NCBI GenBank assembly: GCA_030770535.1 | Contig: JASVEC010000016.1 | Location: 186,001 to 250,000 of the forward strand | Reading direction: 5' to 3' | Length of the DNA: 64,000 bases | Origin: Batkoa obscura | Taxonomy: Eukaryota | Shown here: positions 37,650 through 49,400 of the stretch, one piece after another | Layout: the number at the start of each line of letters is the position of its first letter | Numbering within the stretch: position 1 is the first letter of the stretch | Position numbers and translations under genes: made by a program | The notes under the pieces: model-generated | Databases searched by the model: none | The model's input: the letters and a program-made list of their open reading frames with translations, nothing else | Told to the model about the DNA's origin: nothing

Positions 37650-38070
37650 CTTATTTTCTCCTGATAAAGAATACTATATACGCACTATAATTAATAGGTA
37701 GTTTATGGGCTGCTTCTTTTACAGGTATAGTATGGTACATGGCTAATATGATTAATTTGTTTTTAATTTCAACACCAATTTTCTTATGTTCTCCAAAGCC
37801 ATTAAGAAGTCTTGATTTTTCTCCTTTCTGCTTATTTATATATACCATCTAGCGTTTATGATCTTACTATTATCCTGTAACGCAATTGTTTTATTTTAAT
37901 TTTGAGTTCCAACCTTTTCCGCTCTAATTAATAATTTCAATCGTTCTCTTTTAAGAGTCGAAAATGATTTTGTGGTATTGTATTTAATACTTAACCTTTC
38001 AGATGACTTCTTTCAAGTTTATTCTTTCTTCATCCACTAATTTGTATTATGTTTTTTAGTCTCAACATTT
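37650..38070 (-). pseudogene. Decayed gene with two HTH-like repeats
   Basis: KLVDEERINLKE/SSERLSIKYNTTKSF (frameshifted) and LIILAMYHTIPVKEAAHKLPINYSAY match the repeat at 46.99-49.37 kb. Confidence 0.5.
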
Positions 38071-39098
38071 ATTTTTTTAATTAGCTTTGGAGCTTAGGGT
38101 TTAGGCTTATCATTAGTTATCTTTTCACTTGTTATTATAAATTTATACATTTTATCCTTACTACTTGTTATATTATGGATTGAAGTGCTACTACTCTATT
38201 TTTTGTCATTATCTTGTTTACTTGTTCATTTTGACATAAAGGACTAAACTGAAAAATAATCCATTTTAAGAATTAGGTTTATAATTTAAATGTTAATACA
38301 AAAGATTACCTATAGCATTTTAATGAGTAATTCGAAAAATAATTTAATAATTAAGATTAAATTGCTCCTTATCAGATATTAAATCGCCATTTGTCCTGAT
38401 TGTCTTTCACGATTGCATTGATATTAATCCTGTACTTTATTTTTGGGTTCAAATAAGGCTAGAAGATAGTTTAAATTTTTAAAAGATAAAACTACTTTTG
38501 AATGCTTGTAAATTGTATTTTAGCTTAAAAACGTAAGCAATCTTTTTTAAAAATAGGATTTGGAATTATTTTTACTTTGTTATTTTGTTCACTTTTAAGC
38601 AGTTGAAAAATTGAAAAGTTTTTAATCAAAATTTTTAATAAAAAAATATTTTAAAACCAAATAGTAATAAATATAACTCATAAAATAAAACTGGGACATT
38701 TAACAATTACTTTTTATTAAGGTAGTTAAGTTTATTTTATAAGAAGTTATAAATGTATTTTATGTTTTTAATATTAAATTCAATATTTTGTAAAACTAAT
38801 TTTATCTTTAAAAATCAAAGTTTAATCAAAAAACAATTAATTTTATTCATAATGTGACTACCTATTCCGATTAAAAACTAGTCAACTATTTTTTTCATAA
38901 AGAAACACAATCGCAACTTCCTAGCCAGTATACCCTTCTAGTTCTATCATGTATTTTATACTTAATTAAAGCATTGCTATAAAAAAATCGATATTAAATG
39001 ACTAATATTTTAAATTAATTTATTTTTAAATAAAAGGTGACTAACTCTGAATGAGATATCAAATTGATTAATTAGAAAATTTTAATAGTTGAAAAATT

Positions 39099-39107
39099 AT
39101 GAGTCAT
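39099..39107. promoter_or_regulatory. Perfect Gcn4/CpcA-type site ATGAGTCAT upstream of LYS2
   Basis: Canonical ATGA(C/G)TCAT ~400 bp before the ATG; TGACTAA variants near 38999 and 39038. Confidence 0.6.
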
Positions 39108-39499
39108 CATTAAAAATGCAAACTTTAGATAAAAGATTATCACATAGCATTTAACATATAACGACGTAAAATAGAATAACTTAAACTACTATAATATAAT
39201 ATAACTGTATAAATGTTGTTTTTAGTAATGTTTTAAGTATTTTTATTGTTTATCATAATAACCTTGAATAAACTCCTGTATCTATCATCTATAAACTTAA
39301 TAAGAAAACATAGACTTTCAATGTTCAATGAGTTAATTTTCCAATTACTAAAAATAGTTAAAGAGTACTCTGCCACCTCATTCCAAGGTGTGGAAAAAAG
39401 CAAGATAAAAAAGTATATAAATCACGAAATTGTGTTTTATATCTAAAATTTTTATTAAAATAAATAAGTTAAACTAATAAAAAATACATAATCTCAAAA

Positions 39500-42400
39500 A
39501 TGACCGCCGTCGCGCCTGCCAGTGATAACCAAAAGTTAGAATTTTGGGAAAGTAAATTAGGTAACTTAACTGAATTTCAATTACCTATGGATTACCCTCG
39601 TCCCTATCCTAATCGATATGTTGAAGCTATATTAGATTATCCCCTACAACAATCGTTAGGTTTAAAAATTTATCAATACTCTATGATGCAAGTGAATTCA
39701 GACGGTAGTACCATATCTCCTTTTATATATCTAATGTCTGCCTTTGCTTTATTACTACACAGTTATACAGGGGAAGAAGATATTACTATTGGTAGCTCAT
39801 CTACTAGCTCTAATCCTTTAGTATTGAGATTAGGTATTGATAAAGAATTAAGTTTTGAAGACTTGTTAAATAGAATGCACCAGGTGGAATGTGAAGCTTC
39901 AGAAAATGAAGTGCCTTTTAATGAATTATTTAATCATCTTTATCCTACCACTAATGATAAACAAAAAGATTCTATTCCACCTTTATTTAGAGTAAGATTT
40001 TTTAACCAAAGTGATACTACAATAGATACATTAAATCAAACTTTAAGTACAAATGATTTGACTATCACAATTACTTCCAATCCTTCTCAATCTTTAAGAA
40101 ACTTTTTACCTTCAATTAGTATTAAGTTAATTTATAATCAAACTTTATTTTCAAGTAAAAGAATGGAAATTATGATGAATCAACTAGAATTAATTTTATC
40201 TCAAGTGTTAGAAAACTCCAAAATATTAATTAAAGATGTACAATTAGTAACTGAGAAATGTCTATCAATTATACCTAACCCAAAAAAAGATTTGGGATGG
40301 AAAGATTTTAAGGGGGCTATTACTGATATTTTTACTAATAATGCTAATAAGCATCCAGATCGTAGTTGTATTTTAGAAACTTTATGTTTATCTGGAACTG
40401 AAAAATTTCAAACTCGTAGTTATAATTATCAAACAATCAATCGAGCTACTAATCTAATAGCTAATAAATTTATAGAATTAGGTCTTGAAAGAGAAGAAGT
40501 CGTAACTATTTATGCTTATCGTGGTGTTGATTTAGTTATTTCTATTATGGCTATATTAAAAGCTGGGTTAACATTTAATGTAATCGATCCAGCTTATCCA
40601 CCAGATAGACAACAAGTTTATTTATCAGTAGCCCAGCCTAAATGTATATTAGTATTAAAAAAAGCAGGCGATTTGATTGATAGTGTTAAAGATTATATTA
40701 ATAAAGAATTAAGCTTGCGTGGTCAAATAATTGGTTTAGAAATGGATGATATTGGTAATTTAAGTTACATAGGAGAAGATGGACAATCGACGCAGTTTGA
40801 TATAACTCAACAAGATAATTCACCAAAAATTGAATTAGGACCTGATTCAATAGCAACATTATCTTTTACTAGTGGTAGTACTGGAATACCAAAAGGTGTA
40901 CGTGGTCGTCATTTTTCATTAACTCATTTTTATCCATGGATGGGTGAAGAATTTAATATAACTGAAAATGATCGATTTACTATGTTATCTGGTATTGCTC
41001 ATGATCCTATTCAAAGAGATATCTTTACTCCATTCTTTTTTGGTAGTGAATTGAGAATACCAGATCAAGAAATTATAGCTACACCAGGTTTATTGGCTAA
41101 TTGGATGAAAGATAATCAAGTGACTATATCTCATTTAACACCTGCTATGGGACAATTGTTATCTACTAATGCTACTACTGTTATTCCAACATTAAAAAGT
41201 GTATTTTTTGTGGGGGATATATTAACTAAAAGAGATTGTTTGAGATTACAATCTTTTGCTCCTAATTGTACTATTATTAATATGTATGGTACAACTGAAA
41301 CTCAACGTGCAGTTAGTTATTTCAAAGTACCTTCAGTTAACGAACATCCTTCCTTCTTAGTATCTGCTAAAGATGTATTGCCTGCAGGTACTGGTATGAA
41401 TAATGTCCAACTATTAATTGTACAAGTAAGAAAAGATAGCGAATTACCTAGAATGTGTGGTATTGGTGAAGTTGGTGAAATTTACGTTCGTAGTAGTGGA
41501 TTGTCAGAAGGTTATTTAGGTTTACCTGAAGTTACTAATCAAAAGTTTTTATTAAATTGGTTTACTAAAGATGAAATTAATAATGAAGATAATAGTAATA
41601 ACAAATTAAATTATTATAAAGGTAAAAGAGATAGAATGTATAAAAGTGGCGATTTGGGTAGATATTTACCAGATGGTACTGTGGAATGTATTGGACGTGC
41701 AGATGATCAAGTTAAAATAAGAGGTTTTAGAATTGAATTAGGTGAAATTGATACACATCTTTCTCAACATCCAAGGGTAAGAGAAAATGTTACTTTAGTT
41801 AGAAGAGACCAAAATGAAGAACAAACTTTAGTTACTTATTTTGTTATTGAAAATGATAATAACAATGAAGATCAATTTCAAATAATTAATGAACTGAAAG
41901 ATTATTTAAGACAAAAGTTGCCCAATTATTCAATACCTAAAGTAATGGTACCCTTAATTAAAATGCCCTTAACACCCAATGGTAAAGTAGATAAAAATGC
42001 ATTACCTTTCCCAGATACATTGAAATCATCCAATATTAATCAACATCAACCTAATGAAGAAATGAACCGTAACGAAACTGCTATTTATGAATTATTTATT
42101 GAAGTATTAAACCCACAGCAACCAATCAAATTGGAAGATAATTTCTTTGAATTAGGAGGTCATTCTATATTAGCTACAAGATTAATATTCAAAATAAGAC
42201 AAAAATTTGGTGTTAATGTACCTTTGAATTTATTATTTCAATCTCCAACTATTAAAGGGTTAGCTAATTCTATTCAAGGATTACAGGAATTAGATTTAAA
42301 TATTGCAATGAATTCTAATGTTAAACAAGAAAATCAAAATGACCAAAATTCAACTGAAGACGAGTTTTATCAAAAAGATTATTTAGAGTTATTAAGTCAA

Positions 42401-43669
42401 ACTCAATTTATTAAAGACGTCAAAGTTAAACAGCTAGATCATAATAATTTAAATATACTATTAACAGGTGCTACTGGATTTTTAGGTGCTTTTATATTAA
42501 AAGGATTATTAATTAAATATCCAACAGCTAATGTTTATTGTTTATCACGTGGTAAAGATAAAAGTGATGTTAAATTAAGAATCATTAATAATTTAAAGTC
42601 ACATCAAATTTATCAATCAAATTATGAACAGCAAATTATTCCAATTAAAGGAGATTTAGGTTTAACAAATAATTTTGGTATTGAAGACGATGAGTTCAAT
42701 TTATTAAAACAAAAGATAGATTTAGTTATACATAATGGTGCTTGGGTACATTGGGTTTATCCTTATAATAAATTAAGGGATAGTAATGTCTTATCAACTG
42801 TACAATTATTAAATTTTTGTTTAAATGACAAATCAAATATTAAACCCTTTTATTTTGTATCTTCAACTTCAGTATTAGATACGAATCATTATTTAAAAGT
42901 AGCTGAAGATAATATTAATAATAACAAATTAAAAGGAGTAAGTGAATTAGATGATTTAGAAGGAAGTAGTAACGGATTAAGGACAGGATATGGACAAAGT
43001 AAATGGGTTAGTGAGAAACTAATTATGGATTATTCGAAGAATGGATTACCTTGTTTTATCTTAAGACCAGGCTATATTGTTGGTGATAGTTTAAGTGGAG
43101 TATCAATAACAGACGATTTCTTATGGCGTTTAGTTAAGGGGTGTATACAGATTGGTAAAATACCTAAAATGATTAACGATTTAAATATGTGTCCAGTTAA
43201 CTATGTTGCTGATGTAGTTGTAGAATCAATTAATGATTTAACTACTTTTAATAATCAATGTAAAGTATACCATTTGACTAACCCAACCACATTCAAATTC
43301 GATGAATTGTTTCAAAGCTTATTAGATCATGGTTATAACTTACAATGGCTAGATTATGTTGAATGGCGTAATGAATTAATGGAAGTGACTTTAAAGTCAA
43401 GTGATAATGCTTTGTATCCTTTATTACATTTTGTTTTGGATGATTTACCTACATCTACTAAAGCTCCTTCTTTAGATGATACACAATGTTTAAAATTAAT
43501 TCAAAATACATCAATTCAATGTGATAAAATTCAAAATTTAATGAGCTTATATTTAACTTATTTAGTTAAAGTAAGTTTCCTTCCTCAACCTACAGCCGAC
43601 GGGAAACTTAAATTAGTGGAGTTACAAGGTGATAAAGTTAATTTAATTTCTCGTTCAGGGCGTAGTTAA
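39500..43669 (+). CDS. LYS2: L-aminoadipate-semialdehyde dehydrogenase (A-PCP-reductase), intronless
   Basis: LSFTSGSTGIPKGVRGRHFSL, HDPIQRD, NMYGTTETQR, FFELGGHSILA (PCP Ser), LLTGATGFLGA, HNGAWVHWVYPY, GYGQSKW. Confidence 0.97.
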   Translation: MTAVAPASDNQKLEFWESKLGNLTEFQLPMDYPRPYPNRYVEAILDYPLQQSLGLKIYQYSMMQVNSDGSTISPFIYLMSAFALLLHSYTGEEDITIGSSSTSSNPLVLRLGIDKELSFEDLLNRMHQVECEASENEVPFNELFNHLYPTTNDKQKDSIPPLFRVRFFNQSDTTIDTLNQTLSTNDLTITITSNPSQSLRNFLPSISIKLIYNQTLFSSKRMEIMMNQLELILSQVLENSKILIKDVQLVTEKCLSIIPNPKKDLGWKDFKGAITDIFTNNANKHPDRSCILETLCLSGTEKFQTRSYNYQTINRATNLIANKFIELGLEREEVVTIYAYRGVDLVISIMAILKAGLTFNVIDPAYPPDRQQVYLSVAQPKCILVLKKAGDLIDSVKDYINKELSLRGQIIGLEMDDIGNLSYIGEDGQSTQFDITQQDNSPKIELGPDSIATLSFTSGSTGIPKGVRGRHFSLTHFYPWMGEEFNITENDRFTMLSGIAHDPIQRDIFTPFFFGSELRIPDQEIIATPGLLANWMKDNQVTISHLTPAMGQLLSTNATTVIPTLKSVFFVGDILTKRDCLRLQSFAPNCTIINMYGTTETQRAVSYFKVPSVNEHPSFLVSAKDVLPAGTGMNNVQLLIVQVRKDSELPRMCGIGEVGEIYVRSSGLSEGYLGLPEVTNQKFLLNWFTKDEINNEDNSNNKLNYYKGKRDRMYKSGDLGRYLPDGTVECIGRADDQVKIRGFRIELGEIDTHLSQHPRVRENVTLVRRDQNEEQTLVTYFVIENDNNNEDQFQIINELKDYLRQKLPNYSIPKVMVPLIKMPLTPNGKVDKNALPFPDTLKSSNINQHQPNEEMNRNETAIYELFIEVLNPQQPIKLEDNFFELGGHSILATRLIFKIRQKFGVNVPLNLLFQSPTIKGLANSIQGLQELDLNIAMNSNVKQENQNDQNSTEDEFYQKDYLELLSQTQFIKDVKVKQLDHNNLNILLTGATGFLGAFILKGLLIKYPTANVYCLSRGKDKSDVKLRIINNLKSHQIYQSNYEQQIIPIKGDLGLTNNFGIEDDEFNLLKQKIDLVIHNGAWVHWVYPYNKLRDSNVLSTVQLLNFCLNDKSNIKPFYFVSSTSVLDTNHYLKVAEDNINNNKLKGVSELDDLEGSSNGLRTGYGQSKWVSEKLIMDYSKNGLPCFILRPGYIVGDSLSGVSITDDFLWRLVKGCIQIGKIPKMINDLNMCPVNYVADVVVESINDLTTFNNQCKVYHLTNPTTFKFDELFQSLLDHGYNLQWLDYVEWRNELMEVTLKSSDNALYPLLHFVLDDLPTSTKAPSLDDTQCLKLIQNTSIQCDKIQNLMSLYLTYLVKVSFLPQPTADGKLKLVELQGDKVNLISRSGRS

Positions 43670-43887
43670 ATGAGATTGTTTTTAAATAAAGTTTATATCA
43701 TTATTATATTAAAATAAATTAAAACATTATTATCTCTGTTTGTTTATTTTTAAATTATAACTTAGTTAAAAAATATATTTTATTAAATAATAGCAAGGGT
43801 TATAACTACCGATTATATAGATATTGCTATATTCCATTAGCAATCGGAAGGATTCTATTTTGTAAGAACTGATTAAAAACAGCCAAC

Positions 43888-43992
43888 ATATAGGGATGCT
43901 TTTTTTGATTTCACTACTTTTTCATTTTTTAAATACTATTTGAGTGGAAAGATTACTAGTAAAATTTTAAATAAAAATATACATCCCCATAT
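43888..43992 (-). mobile_element. MITE family A, reverse, TSD ATAT
   Basis: Reverse consensus match. Confidence 0.8.
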
Positions 43993-44931
43993 AAATAACG
44001 AACATCTTTGGTTTTCCGATTATTTGCAGGCACAAACTCACATTGTTACCATTATTGCCCTCAATAAACTCTATAAAATTTAATAGCACCTTATTATACA
44101 TTCTACAAAGCCCAACTCAATATCAACCTTGAGACTGACAGTGATAAAATCTACAGTGGTAGTCAAGAGTAGTTACTAAAACTTCTTCTATCAATTTCCA
44201 AATCAAGTTTACATTTATAGTTTAAGTCATTCAAAAGAATTAAGCAGCTTGAAAAGCTTAGAAAGATAGCTTGTTGCGAAACATCACTTTGTCAGTCCCA
44301 TGGTTGATTATAGCATAACAATCGCTTAAGCTGTTGTGTTCTTGAGTTCAGAGAAAATCAATCCCATGTTCTTAGTTTGATTTGATATGAGAATTCCTAT
44401 CTTCGTCTCAAAGAATATTCTTCTCTCATTTTGTTATTTATACTTATCGGAGTATAAAAGAGATTCTAAAATATAATAGTTCGAGGCTTTTTAACTGAAT
44501 TATTCTTTGATATCTCGAACATTTAATAAAGCCACTAAGTTTTCTTAATAGTATTTTACGCAGGTTTTACATTAGCATTGTCTATTCTATTTGTCTTGTA
44601 TAGCTTGTAGCCTATTACGTGCTATTCCTCATAATCCGAGTCTATCTTAGTCACATAAACTAAGACCTTTCGACTTATAGTGTAGTCAACCCAGCAATAG
44701 CTGTTCTTGACTCCAAACCCTGAGTACCAGATTTCACACTTGTATACAGTCAAAGTTAGGGCTGAGGTTAGGGTTAGGTCAAAGCAGAGTCCAATTTTTA
44801 ATTAGATAATATTAGATTATTAAGTTATCATAAAAATGATTTTTTTTATTAAACAAAATAAAAGTTGCGAATCTAGCATTACCACTTTGATTTTATATTT
44901 ACAACTTTTGAAACTTATGTCTTTTAATATT

Positions 44932-45037
44932 ACCTGGGGATGTATTTTTATGTTCAAGAATTTTACTAGCAACTTTTCCACTTAAATAGCGCTTTAAAAA
45001 TGGAAAAGTGAGGAAACCAAAAAGAACACCCCCATAT
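44932..45037 (+). mobile_element. MITE family A
   Basis: Consensus match; flanks ACCT/ATAT (imperfect). Confidence 0.8.
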
Positions 45038-45128
45038 ATAAACTAATTATATTAAACTTGATCAGTTTGATATTGAAATAAATTTAGTTGTTTATGTTAT
45101 GTTTACAAATATTATTGTATATGGCAAT

Positions 45129-45234
45129 AAATTGGGATGTATTTTTGTGTTCAAGAATTCTGCTAACAAATTTTCTGCTTAAATAGCGCCTAAAAGACAG
45201 AAAAAATGAGAAACTAAGAAAAATGTTCCCAAAT
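45129..45234 (+). mobile_element. MITE family A, TSD AAAT
   Basis: Degenerate consensus match, AAAT directly repeated. Confidence 0.8.
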
Positions 45235-45264
45235 ATTATTTTTAGATACTAACTTATTTAAAAT

Positions 45265-45371
45265 AAATGGGGATGTATTTTTGTATTTAAGAATTTTACT
45301 AACAATTTTTCCACGCAAATAGTGCTTAAAAGATGGAAAAAGTAATGAAGCCAAAAAAAACATCCCCAAAT
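45265..45371 (+). mobile_element. MITE family A, TSD AAAT
   Basis: AAAT-GGGGATG...CATCCCC-AAAT. Confidence 0.85.
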
Positions 45372-45537
45372 ATTAAATAATTAGAACTAGGCTAAATGAC
45401 AACTATTTTGATTTTAATTTTAATTTTTGTAGTATATTTATTATGATTATTTTTTGATAATGGACTATATACTTTATTGATATAAAAAAATTAGTCTATT
45501 CAAACCGATTTCTTATGGTCTATATTAAATATAAAGG

Positions 45538-45641
45538 ATTTGGGGATGTGTTTTTTTGTTTAAGAATTTTACTATAATCTTTCCACTCAAATAACGTTTA
45601 AAAAATGGGAAAATAATGAAACTAAAAAAACACCCCCATTT
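45538..45641 (+). mobile_element. MITE family A, TSD ATTT
   Basis: ATTT-GGGGATG...CACCCCC-ATTT. Confidence 0.85.
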
Positions 45642-45820
45642 AAAAAAAAAATTTTAACTTTTTTTTAACTTTTTCTAAATTATTGAAGGACTTTTATTTC
45701 TACGTTATACTATTATTACAAAAATAGCATTATTTTTTTTATAAGTTGTGTGATTTTTATAAATAAATAAAGCAATATCTGATACTTTACAAGTTATTAT
45801 AAAATATTACTCAAAGTAAC

Positions 45821-45926
45821 ATTTGGGGATGTATTTTTGTGTTTAAGGATTTTACTAACAAATTTTCCGCTTAAATAGCGCTTAAAAATGGAAAAAATAG
45901 TGAAGTCAAAAAAAACATTCCCATTT
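45821..45926 (+). mobile_element. MITE family A, TSD ATTT
   Basis: ATTT-GGGGATG...CATTCCC-ATTT. Confidence 0.85.
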
Positions 45927-46799
45927 AATAAAACTTAAAAGAATATTTTAGTTATAAAATAAAATTAAAGTGCGGAGAGGGATTAAACTTGACGCCTGAT
46001 ATAAGCTAGTTGATGAATTTTCTCAAAAACTAAGTTTTATAATACAAAAAAGCAATATTTACATTTTTAGATAAGCAATTTAATATAATTTTTTTAAATT
46101 CAATTAGCTTTTTAAATATTCAGTGTATAGTTATAAGATTTAATATAACAAAGGTTTTATATAAGTTTTTAAATTTTGAATTTTAGATTTATAAAATTTT
46201 TGATATATTCTTTGGAAATTGTGTCTCACTTTTTATTTTGTTCCACTGTCAAAAATTATAGTTAGGGACTGAGGTGATTCAATAATTATTTAAAAATAAT
46301 TCTAATTAATAAGTTTTTGGAATTTAGTGTAAGTGACTATTTGAATAAGATCTGATATATTTACAGCTGTTGCAGTTGTTTTGTGACCTCTTCAGTAGCA
46401 ATTTTTATAATTAGTAGTCTATTTATGTAACATTTTTTCAAGCTTAATTCTTATATTTTGGCCGAATCTAACTTTTTTTCCTAAATAAACAATTAAAAAT
46501 GTTGAAAAAGAGTTGTAATAGTTGTAAACAGCATCAAATTAAATTATTTTTGTTTTTATTCGAATTATTTTTAAACCTATTGAAGTTAATAACAAAACAA
46601 TGGTTTATTACCAACAAATTTTGTAAAAGATAGCTTGGATATAGTTAATTTGGTACCAAGTAACAAAACAAAATTAGCATCAGCTACCGTTTTTTTAAAT
46701 TATACAGTTTACATTAGTATAACTAAATTAATTAAATAACCTTTTTGTTAATTAGCAAAACGTTAACTTTTAATTCTTTAAATCCAGTTATTTTGTTTT

Positions 46800-49400
46800 A
46801 GGTTCGAATGTTAAAAGAAATAGATTCTCAAGCTAGTGATAATTTAAAGGGTAGTAACACCCCAAGCTATACTATAGAAAATAGTAATAATAAACATATT
46901 GAGTTTACGACAACAAGTCGAGACTATACTGCAGTACCCCGAAATCAATTCTATAAAGGTATCTAGTAGAATAAACAATGAAGCTAAGAAGGCTTTGTTC
47001 AAGTCATTAAATGAATAAGGAATATGATTAAAACAAGTAGCAAAAAAGCTGTGTTAACTATAGTAGCGCAAAAACAGTTTTGTCTTGTGAAAGGAAAGAT
47101 TTAAATAACATAGTAAGAGTAAAAAAAATAAGGGTTTAAATGCAAGATGAAATAGACAAACAAAGAGAAGGATTAAAGTTTTCACTAGCTTCCAAAAAAG
47201 AAAATACATGAAATCAAAAACATAGCTATGTTCATAAATAATCAAAAGATATCAACAACTGAGGCAGGCGAAAAGCTATCTATCAACTACAATAGCACAG
47301 CACCAATTATTTCTAGGGACAAAAATATATTAGAATAAACAGTAGATGTAAATAAAGAAGACATACAAGGGAGTGGTGAAGTTGATGTACAAGAGACATT
47401 AATTTTGAGAGCCCAATTAATAAATCTCGCTTTATAATCAGTAGTGAAACCAAAAATGATCTTATTAAGCCAATAAACAAGAATGGGAAATCTATAAAAG
47501 AAGCAGTAACAATATTATCTATTAACTTTATTAGCGCAAGGTATGTTATCACTCAAGTGAGAAATAAAATATAAGGTATTTCACAACAGAAGGACGCGAT
47601 GACTATATATGAAAGTAGAAAATTAGATAGCTTTGTTATTCAGTATTACAACATAATGAATAATAAGGTTAAAAAAGTTCCAGATATGAGATGAAATGGC
47701 GAACTAAATAATGGCGATATAGGTTATGTAAATACCAAACCTAAAATAAAATTGGTAATGGAGCTAAAAGTGATTTATTAATGCTATTATATGGGGATGT
47801 TTTTTTTGATTTCATTATTTTTACATCTTTTAAGCGTTATTTAAGTGGAAAAATTGCTAGTAAAATTCTTAAATACAAAAACGCATCCCCATATGAACAA
47901 AAAAAACTTACAAAAAAGTAGTAAAATTGGTGTCTATTGACTATGATTATATGAATGATGTTACTATTCAGGGAGGAGGAGAATTAAAAAAGACAGTGGA
48001 TCTAAAAAATACAACCGTTAAGGGAGATAACATACTGAATGATTTGGGCTCACATTTTAGTAATATGATAAGTGATGAAGCTAAAATAAATTTAATCAAA
48101 CAGTTAAGTGAACAAATAAAATCTATATAAGAAGCAGCAAAATATTGTCAATTGACTTTGATAATGAAGTGAACATTATTATTCAAGCAAATAAACTAAA
48201 AGAAACGATAAGTATGAACAAAACGAGTATACAAGAGCAATCAAGCAAATTCATAAAAAGATCATAGTTTGAAAATTCTAATCCTAGAAAGTCAAAATAT
48301 AATAGTTAATAAAGCTTATAATAGTTTAACTGAGATAGTGGATGATTAAAGAAATTTTATAAAGAAAGTAAAAAACCATTGGTTCTTAGGCATAACATTA
48401 TAATGAGTATTGATTATGAAAAGCAAAAGAAACTGGCAGAAGAAGAAAATGCAGAAAAAATAAGAATGAAAATGCAAGTTGGAGCAAATGGACAACTAAC
48501 AGAAGCGGTAAAATTTTCCAGCAGCTTTCAAAGAAAGAACAAAGTAATAAGAATAAAAAAGTTGATTAAGCTAGTGAATAGGAAAAAAATATATAAAGCA
48601 ACTAGACATTTATTTGTTAACTGTAATAAGGCATATACCATTATTATATAAGAAAGAAAACAAGAGAAGTAGTGTATACAAAAAAACTAAAGCTTCAAAT
48701 AAAAGATGAAACTGGTACTCAAAAAAGGAAGAAATATAGCTTTTTAATAATTATGGAAAAAGAAACAAAATATACAAGAAGGCTAAAGAAACCTGATCGA
48801 GCTAGTAGCTGAACAAGAAACAAGTATAAAGTAAGCAGGAAAACCTTTTTATGTCAATTGTGGTAGCTTACAGGGCATAAATAATCATGAAAAGGATAGA
48901 ATAAGAAAAGAACTAAAGGCAAGAAAACTAAAGACTCAAACTGAAGATGAAATAAATAGGCAAAAAGAAGAAGTAAAATTGTTCAACTTACAAAGAGTTA
49001 ATAAAAGGGATAAAGAAATTACAAAAAATTCAATCAAGCTAGTAACTGAGTGGAAAATGAATATAAGAAAAGCAGAAAAACATTTATCTATTAGCTGTAG
49101 TAGTGTAAAAAATATTGTTGATAATGAAAGATATAAGCTAGCTAAGATTATAAATGTAAAAAAGCAAGTGTTAAAGATGGCGATGAAATATATTAAAGAA
49201 GTTAACGAATTGAAGAAAATTTCTAAAAAGAATCGAACCGAATAACTGATGAGGCTAAAAAAGGTTTGTTTACATTGGTGAGTGAGCAAGGAAAGTCTAT
49301 AAAGGAACTAGCTGAACTACTATCCATTGGATGTGATAACGCAATATAATTGATTCATCGAACTAAAATAAAATTAAAAGAGGCTGAGAGTCAAGAAAAA
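46800..49400 (+). pseudogene. Decayed gene encoding seven tandem HTH-like units
   Basis: Repeated LIxLVxExxxSIKEAxxxLxINYxSAxxII-like peptides at ~240-bp spacing, with stops, frameshifts and a MITE insertion. Confidence 0.6.
47789..47894 (-). mobile_element. MITE family A, reverse, TSD ATAT, inside the HTH pseudogene
   Basis: Reverse consensus match. Confidence 0.85.

Noticed and set aside
39500..43669. NRPS-like gene flanked by amidohydrolases as a secondary-metabolite cluster
   Set aside because: Motifs are diagnostic for primary-metabolic Lys2; nothing in the sequence links it functionally to the neighbours.
44040..44790. GC-richer stretch ending in telomere-like GTTAGGGCTGAGGTTAGGGTTAGG (44755-44778)
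   Set aside because: Only ~3 imperfect units and no recognisable protein in the frames I translated; possibly a TE relic but unsupported.
44932..45926. Repeat-spacer appearance suggesting a CRISPR-like array
   Set aside because: Eukaryotic context, ~100-bp divergent units with TIRs and TSDs, irregular spacing, no cas genes: these are MITEs.
45968..46015. tRNA-like fragment on the minus strand (GTTTAATCC)
   Set aside because: No T-stem pairing or cloverleaf.
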